Positions 33,583 to 45,775 are shown, counted from the first letter of the stretch. The stretch: DNA of 64,000 nucleotides from an uncultured Spirochaetota bacterium (GCA_963734495.1 CAVTHK010000013.1:480001-544000); one strand, 5' to 3'. A program made the numbers and translations. Notes: generated by a model from the sequence alone, not told the origin.

Positions 33583-36141
33583 TCAGTCCGCCTTGACCGT
33601 GAGCTGCACCTCCTTCCCGGGGCGCGCCTGGAGCCCGCGCGCGGCGCGCGCCTCCCCGTAGCCGGTCAGCACGAGCTTCTCGAGGGCGATCGAGCCGCCG
33701 AGGACCTCGATGTCCACTCGCACGCTCGCCTTCGCAGGCCGTTGCCTGCAGGTCCCCCACGCGTACCCCGTCGACCAGAAGACCCTCGCCGCCTTCTTCG
33801 ACGGCGCGAGGGTGAGCGTCCGCTCGACCGCGGAGTAGCGGAAGCCCGTGAGCGCCAGGATCCCTCCCCAGGCCGCCATCGCGCGCGCGTAGTGGTGCCC
33901 GCACTCCGGCTCGTTGAAGGGGTTGCGCCTGCGGCCGTCGAACCGGTCGCGGATGGCCTTGAACACCTTGAGCGCGTCGGCGTTCCGGCCCTCCTGCATC
34001 ATGAGGACCGCCGCGGCGTACTCGATGCCCGTCCAGTTCTCGAAGAACCGGAAGCAGGGCCGCTCGGGACGCCCGCCTTTGGGCCAGGTGCCGTAGACCA
34101 ACGCCTTCTCATCCTGCAGCGCGAACGCGCGGATCGGGTTGACGTGGTCGAAGTGGTCCGTCACGAAGTTGTACTTCATGATGCTCTTGAGCGTCGCGAG
34201 GATGTGCTCCCGGTCGAGCAGGCGGCCGAGCCCGCAGACGTGGGCGAGGAACTGGCCCACGAGCTGGTCCGTGAGGCACCCGAGCCCGGGCTGCTGCGGC
34301 GGGTTGGTGACGTCCACGCCGGCCATGAACGCGTGGCCCATGAGCCCTTTCGCGATCGCCTCGGGCCCCGACGGCGTGCGGAGCTCCTGCACGTAGTACT
34401 CGCCGTCGAACAGGTGCTCGTCGACCCAGCGCGAGCCCCGCTCGTAGAGGCCGCGGCAGCGGCGCGCGAACCCTTCATCTTTCAAGTGCCTGGCCATCTC
34501 CTCTGCCGCCCGCAGCGCCCCGAGGTACCAGCCGGCCATCAGGGGGTTGGGACCGTAGAACTCGAGGTCTGTGGTATTGTGCTGAACGCCCTCCATCACG
34601 CCGTCCTGGTCCGCGTCCCACCCGCCCGGGATCCAGGCGAACTCCAGCGCCTTGCGCGCCTTTGGCCAGAGGTCGCGCAGCATCTGCTCGTCGCCGGAGA
34701 GCTGCCAGTCGCGGTAGAGCTTCATGAGGCAGCCCATCTGCCCGTCGGCCGCGGCCATGGGGAACTCGCGGCCGTGCTCGATGGGCAGCCAGACGCGGAA
34801 GCTCATGTGGCCGTTGTCGCTCGTCGAGCGGAGGAACTCCGTGTCGCGCATGTTGCGCGAAAGGCTGCCGAAGAGGTAGGGCGTGGCGAGGTCGTAGTTC
34901 CACACGTGGGTGCAGGAGCCGGGGCAGCAGCCGGCCTGGTCGACGCAGCCTTCCCAGCCGTAGAAGCGGCCATCCCGGGTGCGGAAGCAGGTCTGGGAGC
35001 GCAGGCTGTTGAGATTGAAGAGCGCCGCTTCCTTGACTACCGCCGGCAGATCGCTCTCGCACAGCGCGCTGACGAACTGCACCGTTTGTTTTTCCAGGGC
35101 GGGGAGGCGGGGCACGGTCTTCGTCACGACATCCCAGGCGTCGGCGTAGAGCGTGCTGTACCAGTTGCCGATGCGGTCGTTGACCGTGAGCTTGGGGCTC
35201 GCCCCGGCCACCGACTGGTAGCCCATGGCCCGTTCCATCTCGGGCGTCCAGGTCTGCCGGTTGGGGAAGGACCACGCGATGAGGAACGTGATCGCCTTCT
35301 CGCTCCGGGCAGGGACGCGCGTGCTCACGCAGACCGAGGCCATCGGGCTGTCCTTGCCGCCTCCGTCGCGGGCTTCGATCCTGCCGTCCGAAGAGAAATC
35401 GTCCCAGAAGTCGGTGAGCGACTCGAACATGTTGCCGGCGTCGAACCAGGTTGTTCGCACGCTCACGCCCGAGGCGGCTGTGGTCGCCAAGGCCATGGTG
35501 CCCCACTGCTCCGCTGCCGGGTCCACACCCTCCGAGCGCAGGAACACCCCGTACGCCCTCTGCCCTTTGCGCTCCTCGTTGACGTTGCGGCTCTGCGTCC
35601 CGTTGACGCCGTCGGTGCCGACAAAGTTGTTCAAGTTCCCGCAGACCGACGCGGCGATCGGCGCCGCCGTCGGGTTGATGAGCACGAAGCGCAGCACGGC
35701 GACGGGGATCCCGCTCGCGTCCTCGTCGGCCGGGATCAGCGGGTTGAACCCTTCGATGCGGACGGCGAGCGGCATGTCCTTGTCGCTGAGGATGACCTGG
35801 CCGAGCGGATAGGCGGCGTGGAACTCGGCCTGCCGGAACCGGGGCATCCCGTACCAGCGCCCGCGGTAGCCGTTGGCGGAGTCGAAGGGCGGGTCGACCG
35901 GGCCCTCGAGCACCTTGGCTGCCGTTCCGCTTCCGGTCTTCGCGAACAGCGAAAAGAAGCTGAAGCGCGGCACGAACCCCTTGGAGGGCCGGTTGACGAC
36001 CTCCCAGTCCCTCAGGTCGCCCCTGCCCCCGAGCGAGATCGTCCCCGTCCCGATGCCGCCGAGCGGCAGCGCGACGCACGTGAGGTGGTTCCGGTCGTAG
36101 CTCTTGAGCACCGGCCACTCGCGGCTGGTGAGCCTGGGCAT
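33583..36141 (-). CDS. GH116 glycoside hydrolase (copy 2)
   Basis: ATG at 36141 with [52 protein letters not shown]. Confidence 0.92.
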   Translation of the reverse strand: MPRLTSREWPVLKSYDRNHLTCVALPLGGIGTGTISLGGRGDLRDWEVVNRPSKGFVPRFSFFSLFAKTGSGTAAKVLEGPVDPPFDSANGYRGRWYGMPRFRQAEFHAAYPLGQVILSDKDMPLAVRIEGFNPLIPADEDASGIPVAVLRFVLINPTAAPIAASVCGNLNNFVGTDGVNGTQSRNVNEERKGQRAYGVFLRSEGVDPAAEQWGTMALATTAASGVSVRTTWFDAGNMFESLTDFWDDFSSDGRIEARDGGGKDSPMASVCVSTRVPARSEKAITFLIAWSFPNRQTWTPEMERAMGYQSVAGASPKLTVNDRIGNWYSTLYADAWDVVTKTVPRLPALEKQTVQFVSALCESDLPAVVKEAALFNLNSLRSQTCFRTRDGRFYGWEGCVDQAGCCPGSCTHVWNYDLATPYLFGSLSRNMRDTEFLRSTSDNGHMSFRVWLPIEHGREFPMAAADGQMGCLMKLYRDWQLSGDEQMLRDLWPKARKALEFAWIPGGWDADQDGVMEGVQHNTTDLEFYGPNPLMAGWYLGALRAAEEMARHLKDEGFARRCRGLYERGSRWVDEHLFDGEYYVQELRTPSGPEAIAKGLMGHAFMAGVDVTNPPQQPGLGCLTDQLVGQFLAHVCGLGRLLDREHILATLKSIMKYNFVTDHFDHVNPIRAFALQDEKALVYGTWPKGGRPERPCFRFFENWTGIEYAAAVLMMQEGRNADALKVFKAIRDRFDGRRRNPFNEPECGHHYARAMAAWGGILALTGFRYSAVERTLTLAPSKKAARVFWSTGYAWGTCRQRPAKASVRVDIEVLGGSIALEKLVLTGYGEARAARGLQARPGKEVQLTVKAD

Positions 36142-36180
36142 CGGGTCCCTCCTTTTCGCGCACTGCGCCTCGCGCGCCCC

Positions 36181-36234
36181 GACCGTGCACGTGTACGGTC
36201 GCGCGAGCTTAGCACGCACCCTGTGCACCGTCAA
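36181..36234 (-). promoter_or_regulatory. Promoter and palindromic LacI-type operator for GH116 copy 2
   Basis: TTGACG-17-TAAGCT, then GACCGTACACGTGCACGGTC (20-bp near-perfect palindrome). Confidence 0.75.
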
Positions 36235-38931
36235 CGAAATTCGATGGCGAGGGGCCGCCCGGGCTCGACCACGACGGGCGAGCCGAAGAGGAGCCGGTCG
36301 GCCTCGAGCGAATGCGCGACCGGCGCGCCCCCGAGCGCGACGCGTACGCTGTGCCTGCCCCGCAGCCGGTCGACGCTCAAGGCGCGCAGCGTGAGCGGGG
36401 CGCCGAGGACCGAAAGCCGGGCGCTCCGCGAGTCGCACTCGAAGACGCCCCAGGAGCTGCCGACGCTCCAGAACGTCGAGAACGCACCGGGCGCGAGCGG
36501 CGCGAATCCGATCGCGCCTTCGACCATGTCGAACGAGAAGCCGGAGTACGCGAGGAGCAGCGCGTACGAAGCCATCGAGCGCGCGTAGTTGCTGCCGCAC
36601 TCGATCTCGTTCCAGGGGTTGCGCTTCGCCCCGTCGTAGCGGCCGCGGACCGCCCGGACGATCGCCAGACCTTCTTCGATCAACCCTTCCTGGATCATGT
36701 GGCAGGCGGCCTGGTACTCGAAGCCCGCCATCATCTCCTCGGCGTACGGCACGGGGATCGTGGGCTTCGCGCGCCGCGGGAAGCTGCAGATGATGGCGCC
36801 GCCCTCGTCGTCGACCGCGAAGACCCGGCACGGGTTCGCCAGGTCGCGGACGCTCGCCTTGTAGTTGTGGCGGTAGATCGCCTGCGAGCGCCTTGCGCGT
36901 CTGCGCGGCGTCGAAGATGCGGCCGAGCCCGACGATGTTCGCGTGCCACTGGGCGAGCACCTGGTCGATGATGCAGCCTTCGGCCACCTGGTACTTCATC
37001 TCGGCGTGCTCCTCGTCCCAGTAGGCGTCGCGGGCCTCGCCGATGCGCTCGTCGGCCCCGGGGTAGCTCTCGAGGATCGAGCGGTCCTTGAGATCGATCT
37101 TCTGGAAGTAGTACTCGCCGTTGAACAGGTGCTCGTCCACCCAGCGGCGCCCGCGCTCGAACAGCGCGAGGTACTCGGCCGAGGCATCGCGGTCGCCCAG
37201 GTGCTCCGCCATCTCGCGAGCCCGCCTTGAGCGCCGCGAGGTAGAAACCGGTGAGCCACGAGTTGGGCCCGAAGAGCTCCATGTCGAGCGTGTGGTGCTG
37301 GCGGCCTTCGAGCACGCCGTCGCGGTCGCGGTCCCAGCGGTCGGCGTTCGCTTCGGACCAGGCGAAGGCGAGCGCGCTCTTGATCTCGCGCCAGTGCGAG
37401 GCGAGCCAGGCCGTGTCGCCCGAGATCTTCCATTCGCGGTACGCCTTGATCACGGCGCCGAACTGGCCGTCCGCGCAGGCGCGGAACGTCGCGCGCGCGC
37501 GGCCGAGCGGGAGCTGCAGCCGGAACGTCATGTCGCCCGCGGCGCCGAGGTTGTACCGCAGCTCCGCGTCGCGCATCGAGCGCTCGAGGGCGGGGAACAG
37601 GAACGGCAGCGCGTAGGCGTAGTTCCAGACGTGCTGGCAGCTGCCCTTCGCAGCAGCCCTCGCGGGCGTGGCAGCCTTCCCAACCGTAGAACGTGCCGTC
37701 CTCGAGGCGCAGCACCGTCGGCGACTTGAGGATCGAGATGTTGGCGCTCACCGCGTCGAGGACCGCCTCGGGAACGGTGCTCCCGAAGAGGGCATCCGTG
37801 AACGCCCGGGTCTCGCGGGCCAGCCGCTCCCAGTTGCCCAGACGATAGAGGGCGCTCTCCGTGGAGTCGCGGAAGAGCGTGGCGTAGTAGTTCTTCCAGG
37901 TCCTGGGCTTGCAGGCGGCGCCGCCGCCGGCCCCGGCGCCCGCGGCACCAGCGCCCCCCGCCCCGCCGGCCCCGGCGCCTGCGCCCCCCGCCCCGCCGCC
38001 GCAGCCGCACGCCTCGGGCCTCCAGTAGTTGGTGCAGTTGGGAAAGGACCAGCTGATCACGAAGCGCGCGGCTACGGACGTCGCCCGGCTCCACGTCGAG
38101 GTGCGCCGCGAGCAGCGCAATGTCTTCGCCGCTGTACTGCTTGCGGCCGCCGGAGGCGGCCGCGTAGCGCCGGTTGGCGAACGGCCCCGCCTTTGTCAGG
38201 TCCTGCCAGTAGACGGCGAGGTTGTCGAACCAGCGCCCGCGGTACAGGTACTCCTGGTAGCTCACGGCGGCGGCGTCGGTGGCGATCGTGAGGTCGCCGA
38301 ACGCGGGGTCGCCCGCGTCGACGCTCTCGGAATCCAGGCGCACGAGCGAGACACCGCCGTCGCGGGCGAAGCGGTTGCGGGCACCCGAGGCGAGCGGGTT
38401 GCGCACGACGAGCGCGAGCGTGTAGGCGAGCGGCTCCGCCGTCGTGTTGCGCACCTCGATCTCGAAGAACGCCGCGGGGATGCCGGAGTCCCGGTCGTTG
38501 TGGGGGATGAGGGGATTGAAGGCGGTCATGCGCACTTCGCCCGGGAAGCCGGCGGGAGCGTCGTTGTCCGCGAAGCTGAGCGACGCCAGCGGGTACGTGC
38601 CTGCAAACTCGACTTCCCGGAAGTGAGGCAGCCCCGCGAGGGAGTCGCGCGGCGCGCCGAAGCCGAACCCCCGGTAATTCTCCCCGGCAAGCTCGCCGGA
38701 GTACGGGGCGGCGAGATCGCCGTGGAGGACGCGGGCGGCGACGACGCGGCCCTCCCGCTCCGCCCTGATCGCGAAGTGGCTCGGCCCGTTGCGGCTGCCC
38801 TTGTTCGGCCGGTTGTAGATCTCCCAGTCGATCAGGGCGCCGTTGCCCGCGAGCCCGATCGAGCCGGTGCCCAGGCCGCCCAGCGGGAACGAGATCTCCC
38901 GCGCCGCGGCGCCGCGATGCACGAAACCCAT
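36231..38931 (-). CDS. GH116 glycoside hydrolase (copy 3; several frameshifts)
   Basis: [50 protein letters not shown] across ORF fragments. Confidence 0.88.
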
Positions 38932-38943
38932 GCCGCCTCCCTG

Positions 38944-39930
38944 CTACACCGATTCCCCCGGCACGATCTGGTGCTCGACCACCACCGCGGGCGATCCCTT
39001 CCCGCCGTTCATCAGGGAGAGCAGCGTCTCCACCGCCCGCCGCGCGATCTCCGGGATGTGGAAGTCCACCGTCGCCAGCGCCGGTCGCACGAACTGAAGC
39101 GTCTCTATGTTATCGAAGCCCATGACGCCGGCATCCTCGGGCACGCGGAGGCCGCTCGCCGCGAGATGCCTCAGGATCCTGAGCGCGAAGATGTCGCTGT
39201 GGCACATGAACGCGGTCCGCTCGCGCGCGAGGTCGAGGCCGTCCACGTCCGCGAGGTACCCGTGCGTCCTCAGCACGAGCGGCTGCGCGAGGCCGGGTGT
39301 CTCGCGCAGCGCGTCCCGGTAGCCGAGCGCGCGCTGCTCCACCGCGTACCGGTTGGCGTCGTCGCGGTCGCCGAGCGGCGGGCTGACGTACACGATGCGC
39401 CGGTAGCCCCGCGACGCGATGTATCGCACCGCCTCCGCGGTCGCCAGCCTGTCGTCCAGGCCCACGAACGGCCACTTCTTCGACAGCCTGTTCGCGATGC
39501 AGACGAGCGGCCGGTTGAGGCTGCTCAGGTAGCGCTCGAACTCCCTGCCCTTGCCCACCGGCAGAATGAGGAACCCGTCCACGTTGAGCCCGGCGAGGCG
39601 CTCGAGCGCCGCGGTCTCTTCGCCCCGGTCCTTGCCCGAAAGCGCGACGTGGGCGAAGTACCCGGCGGCCCGCGCGCAGTCCATGATCGCCGACACGAGC
39701 TCGGCAAAGAACTCGTGCGCCAGGTCGAAGACCACGACCCCGATGGCGCTCGTCTTGCCCTTGACCAGGCCGCGGGCGAGCAGGTCCACGCGGTAGCCGA
39801 CCTCGCGGCTCACGCGCAGGACCTTCTCGCGCGTCGCGCGGCTGATCCCGGGCTTGTCGTGCAGCGCCCGGTCGACGCTGCCGCGCGAGACGCCGCAGAT
39901 CCTGGCGATGTCCTTGGTTGTGACTCTCAT
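38944..39930 (-). CDS. LacI-family transcriptional regulator
   Basis: VTTKDIARICGVSRGSVDRAL HTH, VPEDAGVMGFDN; TTGACC-17-TAAGGT upstream. Confidence 0.95.
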   Translation of the reverse strand: MRVTTKDIARICGVSRGSVDRALHDKPGISRATREKVLRVSREVGYRVDLLARGLVKGKTSAIGVVVFDLAHEFFAELVSAIMDCARAAGYFAHVALSGKDRGEETAALERLAGLNVDGFLILPVGKGREFERYLSSLNRPLVCIANRLSKKWPFVGLDDRLATAEAVRYIASRGYRRIVYVSPPLGDRDDANRYAVEQRALGYRDALRETPGLAQPLVLRTHGYLADVDGLDLARERTAFMCHSDIFALRILRHLAASGLRVPEDAGVMGFDNIETLQFVRPALATVDFHIPEIARRAVETLLSLMNGGKGSPAVVVEHQIVPGESV

Positions 39931-40034
39931 CGCGCGGACCGGACCTTAGCACGTCGCCGGGCCGGGGTCAAACACGGGGTCGCCCTTCCAACTGACCACA
40001 GGAGAATGAGATAATGAAGAAGTCCGCCGCGCCC

Positions 40035-40077
40035 TTGACCCCGTTTTCCCGACGCCATAGACTCGTGCACGTGCACG
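40035..40077 (+). promoter_or_regulatory. Promoter and palindromic LacI-type operator for GH116 copy 4
   Basis: TTGACC-17-TAGACT followed immediately by the perfect palindrome CGTGCACGTGCACG. Confidence 0.8.
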
Positions 40078-40087
40078 GGGGGACAAA

Positions 40088-42634
40088 ATGAACACGACCA
40101 CGCATCGATTCAACGGCCCGTACGAAGGGGACCACCTCGCGAAGACGGCCTTCCCGCTCGGCGGCATCGGCGCGGGGATGGTGTGCCTGGAGGGGACGGG
40201 GGCCTTGTCGCACGTCTCGCTGCGGGGGCGGCCGGAGATCTACAACGAGCCGCTCGCCTTCTCGACGCTGTGGGTCGAGGGCCTGGGCGCCCGCGTGCTC
40301 GAAGGCCCGGTGCCCGAGTGGAAGCTCTTCTTCCCGTGGGGCGACTCCGGACGCCTCTCGAGCGGCAACGGCGGCGGCGGCAAGAGCTACGGCCTGCCCC
40401 GCTTTGCCGAAGCGAGCTTCCTCCCGCGCTTCCCGTTCGCGACGGTGACTCTGCGCGGCTCGTGGCCCCTCGCCGTCGAGATCACCGGCTGGAGCCCCTT
40501 TGTGCCGGGCGACGAGGACGCTTCGAGCCTGCCCGCGGCGGCGATCGAGCTGCGCGTGCGCAACCGCAGCAGCAGGAGCCTGCGCGCCGTCTACTCGTTC
40601 CACTCGCGCAACTTTGTCGCCACCGGCGCGGGCGGCGACCGCGTCGAGCGCATCCCCGGCGGCTTCGTGCTGCGCCAGGACGAGGCGGCCTTTGCGGCCG
40701 CGATCGCGGAGCCGGGCGCGCGGGTCAACGCCGCCTGGTTCCGCGGAGGCTGGTGGGACCCGCTCACGATGCTGTGGAAGGAAGTCTCCTCCGGCAAACC
40801 GCAGGACCGCGAGCCGCCCGCCGAGGGCGCCCCGAGCCCGGGCGCGAGCGTGGCAGTTGCCTTCAATCTCAAGTCCGGCGCCGAGCGCACCGTGCGCCTC
40901 CTGCTCGCGTGGTACGCGCCGAAGACCGACCTGGCGACCGGCAAGGGCGTCGAGGACGAGACGCGGCCCGCCGGCACGTACTCCCCCTGGTACGCGGCGC
41001 GCTTCGCCGGCGTCGAGCAGGTGCTGGAGAAATGGCGGGCGGACTACAGGAAGCTGCGCGAGGCGAGCGAGACCTTCACCCGCTGCTTCTACGACACGAC
41101 GCTTCCGGCCGCGGCGGTCGAAGCGGTCGCCGCGAACCTGACGATCCTCAAGTCGCCGACCGTGCTGCGGCAGACCGACGGGCGGCTCTGGTGCTGGGAA
41201 GGCTGCTACGACAGCAAGGGCTGCTGCCCCGGAAGCTGCACGCACGTCTGGAACTACGCGCAGGCGATCCCGCACCTGTTCCCCGCGCTCGAGCGGACCT
41301 GCGGCAGAGCGAGTTTCACGAGGCGCAGGACGACGAGGGGCAGCAGTCGTTCCGCGTGCCGCTGCCGATCCGCAAGGCCGCGCAGGAACGGCCTCCCGCG
41401 GCCGACGGTCAGCTCGGCGGCATCATCAAGGTCTATCGCGACTGGCGCATCAGCGGCGACACGGGCTGGCTGCGCTCGCTGTGGCCGCAGGTCAGGAGCA
41501 GCCTCGACTACTGCATCCGCCACTGGGACCCCGACCGGGGCGGGCTGCTCGTCGAGCCGCACCACAACACCTACGACATCGAGTTCTGGGGTCCCGACGG
41601 CATGTGCGGGACCTTCTACGTCGCGGCCCTGCGCGCCGCGGCGCTGATGGCCGGGGCGATTGGCGAGGACCCGAAGCCCTGGCAGGAGCTCTACGAGAGG
41701 GGACGGCGGCGCCTGGAGGAGGAGCTGTTCGACGGCGAGTACTTCGTGCAGCAGGTGCAGTGGAAGGGGCTCCGCGCGGGCGACCCGACCGCGTTCAAGA
41801 CGCTGGAGCAGACCACTTACGGTTCGGCCGAGGCGCGGGCGCTGCTCGACGCCGAGGGGCCCAAGTACCAGTACGGCGCGGGCTGCCTCTCCGACGGCGT
41901 GCTCGGCGCCTGGATGGCCGAGGTCTGCGGCGTGGGCGAAACGCTCGACACGGCGAGGATCACGAGCCACCTCATGTCGGTCCACCGCTACAACTTCCGC
42001 GGGAGCTTCGCCGACCACGCCAACCCCCAGCGGCCCACGTATGCCGCGGGCGGGGAGGCCGGCCTGTCTGCTGTGCTCGTGGCCCAAGGGGGGCATGCCT
42101 TCGCTGCCCATGGTCTACAGCGACGAGGTCTGGACCGGCATCGAGTACCAGGTGGCTTCGCACCTGATCCTGCGGGGCAGGGTGCGCGAGGGCCTCGCCA
42201 TCGTGGAGGCGGCCCGGGCCCGCTACGACGGAAGGACGCGCAACCCCTTTAACGAATACGAGTGCGGGCACTGGTACGGCCGCGCGCAGTCGTCGTACGC
42301 GCTGCTTCAGGCGTTTTCCGGTGCGCGCTACGACGCCGTCGACCGCGTGCTGACGATCGCTCCCGCGCAGCCCGGCGAGCTGCGGGTGTTCCTCGCGACC
42401 GCGACCGGCTACGGGACCGTGGGCGTCAGGCGTGGACAGCCGTTCATCGAGGTGCGCTCGGGAACGATCGCGGTCGACCGCATCGACTATAAGCCGGCCG
42501 GCGGGGTGACGCGGCCGCCGAAGAGAAAGCGCGCGGCGGCGAAGAGGCCGGCGGCGAAGAAGCGCGCGGTCAAGCCGCGGCCGAAGCGAGCGCGAGCGAA
42601 GCGTAGCCGACGACCCGCGACCGGCTCCCGGTAA
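40088..42634 (+). CDS. GH116 glycoside hydrolase (copy 4; frameshifts ~41300 and ~42065)
   Basis: Close paralogue of copy 1 ([41 protein letters not shown]). Confidence 0.9.
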
Positions 42635-43420
42635 CGTCGCCGGAGTTGGCCGCGGAGATGCAGCTGCGGCGGCAGGCCGCCCATCACCTTGGACAGCAGC
42701 AGCAGCGTCGTCACGGCCGAGGCCCCGCAGAGCTCGCAGGGACCGAGCTGCGCCAGCTCGTGGAAACGGCTCGGGTCGCCCTGGACGATCGCGGCCAGCG
42801 TCCGCTCGTCGATCCGCTTCGCGTCCTCGTAGGTGTGGTAGTGCGAGAGGTCGGTCGAGGCGACGTAGAGGGCCTGCCTGCCGCCGAGCGCCTTGTGCAG
42901 CGCCGCTGCCAGGCGCTGGCACGTGTCGAAGGCGCCGTCGCCGATCAGGATGGGAAGGATCCGCGGCGCAGCCGAAGAGCACCTGCAGGAACGGCAGGTT
43001 CACCTCCAGGCTGTGCTCCGTCTCGTCCACCTCGGGCCTGAAGCCGACGCCGCCCTCGTCGGAGATGAGGCGTTCGGCCGTCTCCCGATCGACGGGCACT
43101 TCGCCGAGCGGGGTGCGGTACGCGGCGTGGCGGCTGACCGATGCGCCGCGGAAGTGGGCGTGGTGCGACGGGCCGAGGAGCACGACGGTGTCGAAGCTCC
43201 GCCCCTGCACGAGCCGGTAGCCGGCGGCGGCCACCGCTCCGGAGTAGGCGTACCCCGCGTGAGGCACGATCAGGCCCCAGGGCCGGCCTTCGATCCGGGC
43301 TTCGGGGGCAGCCGCGAGAAGGCGGCGGACCTCGGCTTCGAGCGCCCCCGCTTCGGCCGGGTAGAAGGAGCCGGCGACCGCGGGCTGTCGGCTCTCCTTG
43401 AACTGCGCAGGCGTCGCCAT
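42570..43420 (-). CDS. AmmeMemoRadiSam protein B / MEMO1 family (frameshifted)
   Basis: PAVAGSFYP, PHAGYAYSG, GPSHH, EHSLEVNLPFLQ, STDLSHY, ANSGDV..VVGYAS. Confidence 0.9.
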
Positions 43421-43534
43421 GGGCTCCTCCCGCGGCGATTATGGTCCGGCGCGGGGCAGGCGCTCAAGCCCCGGCCGGTCCGATTCTCACGGGGTCCGCG
43501 GCCCAGGCCGATATAGGAATTCAGGGAGGGTCTG

Positions 43535-45746
43535 TTGAAGCGCGACGTCCGCACCGCCTCGCTGGCGGCCGCAGCCGCGCTGGCTGCAGCCGGCGGCGTG
43601 CTCTGTCTCTCCTAGTCGCCCACTTGCGGAGCGGCGAGATGGACCTGGGGTTCCTGGCCGTGCCGGGGGCCTTGCTCTTCACGGCCTTCCAGTGGGCCGC
43701 GTTCTTCGTGCCGGCCTACCTGCTCGCGTGCGCCTGGATCGTCGGCGCGCGCTCCTTTGACGGCGGCGAGCTGCTCGCGCTGACGCTCACGGTGGTGCCG
43801 TTCCTCACGGCCGCCCTCGCGCTGAAGACGCTGTTCGAGGACGCCGACGCCGCGGCTCCCGTCACGCGGGTGACGCTGGCGCTCTTCGGCCGCTTTCCGG
43901 GGGTGCTGTTCCTCGGCGGGCTCATGACGCTGGAGCTGCTCGCGATCCACCGCGTGCGCGAGGCGCTGGCCTCCCGCGCGGGACGCCGTCCGCGGCCGCC
44001 CGGCCGCGCCCCGCTCCCGAGCCCGAAGCCGGCGACTACCAGGACGTGGAGCCGCTGGAGGAGGCGCCCGACGCGCCGGCCGCCTCCGCGCCGGCGTCCG
44101 AGCCCCCGCCCCCTCCGCAGCGCCGCAGGACGGCATTCGTGCCGGCGAGCCTGCTGCCGCCCGACGCCGTGGTCGCCGAGGCGAGCGCCGCGCCCGTCTC
44201 CCCTGCCGAGGCGGTGGCCGAGCCCGTTCCCGAGCCGGTCCCCGAACTCGAGGCAGCCGCCCCCGCCGGCGAACCCGGCGCGGCCGCGACGCCCGCGCTC
44301 CCTCCCCCGCGCAAAGGCAAGCGCCCCGGGCACTACTCCGTGCCCATCAAGAACATCCTGGTCGAGCGGCCCCAGGCCGACGCGACCACGGTCGACAAGG
44401 AGATCCGCGACGCCGGCGCGATCCTGATGCGCACCCTCGAGGAGTTCAGCATCGCCGCCGAGCTCACCGGGATCCGCAAGGGCCCGGTCATCACGATGTT
44501 CGAGATCCTCCCGTCGCCCGGAGTCAAGCTCTCAAGGATCGTGAACCTGGCCGACAACATCGCCCTCCGCCTCGCGGCGCCGCGCGTGCGCATCGTGGCG
44601 CCCATACCCGGCAAGCACGCCGTCGGCATCGAGGTCCCGAACAAGCGGCGGTCCATCGTCTCGTTCCGCGACATCATCTCCCTCGACCTGTTCCGCGACA
44701 GCCACTACGAGATCCCGCTGGCCATCGGCGAGGGCATCTCCGGGGAGGCGCACATCGTCGACCTGGTGCAGATGCCCCACCTGCTGATCGCCGGCGCCAC
44801 CGGCAGCGGCAAGAGCGTGTGCGTCAACTCGATCATCGCCAGCATCCTCTACCGCAAGACCCCGAACGAGGTGAAGCTTCTCCTCATCGACCCCAAGATC
44901 GTGGAGCTCAAGCTCTACAACGACATCCCCCACCTGCTCACCCCGGTCATCACCGAGCCCAAGCGCGCCTACCGGGCGCTTCAGTACTGCATCTACGAGA
45001 TGGAGCGCCGCTACTCCCTGCTCGACGCCCTCGGGGTGCGGGACATCCGGTCGTGCAACCGAAAGATCAAGAAGAACCGGATCGCCCAGACGCCGCTTCC
45101 GTACATCGTCATCGTCGTCGACGAGTTCGCCGACCTCATGGCGACCATCGGCAGGGAGATGGAGTCGACGCTCGCGCGCCTGGCCGCCATGTCCCGGGCG
45201 GTCGGGATCCACCTCGTCCTCGCCACGCAGCGGCCTTCGGTCGACGTCATCACGGGCCTGATCAAGGCCAACATCCCCTCGCGCATCGCCTTCATGGTCG
45301 CCAGCAAGATCGACTCGCGGATCATCATCGACACCGTCGGCGCGGACAAGCTCCTCGGGCAGGGCGACATGCTTTTTACCCCCGCCTGGGACCCCGTGCC
45401 CGTGCGCATCCAGGGCGCCTATCTCGCCGAGGAGGAGATCGAGGCGCTCACCGCATACGTCAAGACGCTGGGCGAGCCGGAGTACATCGACGAAGCGATG
45501 TTCCTCGACGACGAGGAAGAGGACGTCCCGTTCGACGCGGCCGACGACCCGCTGATGGACAAGGCGCTGGAGATCGTCGTCACCGCGGGCAAGGCTTCGG
45601 CCTCCTACCTGCAGAGGCGCCTGCAGATCGGCTACAACCGCGCGGCCCGCCTCGTCGAGTCGATGGAGCAGCAGGGCATCGTCGGCCCCGCGCAGGGCAG
45701 CAAGCCGCGCGAGATCCTGCACGTGCCCGAGCGCTCGCGCGACTGA
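43535..45746 (+). CDS. ftsK: DNA translocase FtsK (frameshifts in the N-terminal region)
   Basis: N-terminal TM helices, Pro/Ala linker, PHLLIAGATGSGKS, DEFADLM, ATQRPSVDV, gamma domain LQIGYNRAARL. Confidence 0.93.
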
Positions 45747-45775
45747 CCGCCGCCCGGGGCGCGCGGACCTGCACG

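Noticed and set aside
33583-37212. 1209-aa GH116 fusion ORF
   Set aside because: Artefact of a frameshift in copy 3 reading into copy 2, which has its own promoter, RBS and ATG at 36141.
42570-43420. Complete AmmeMemoRadiSam system
   Set aside because: Only the B component is present in the window.
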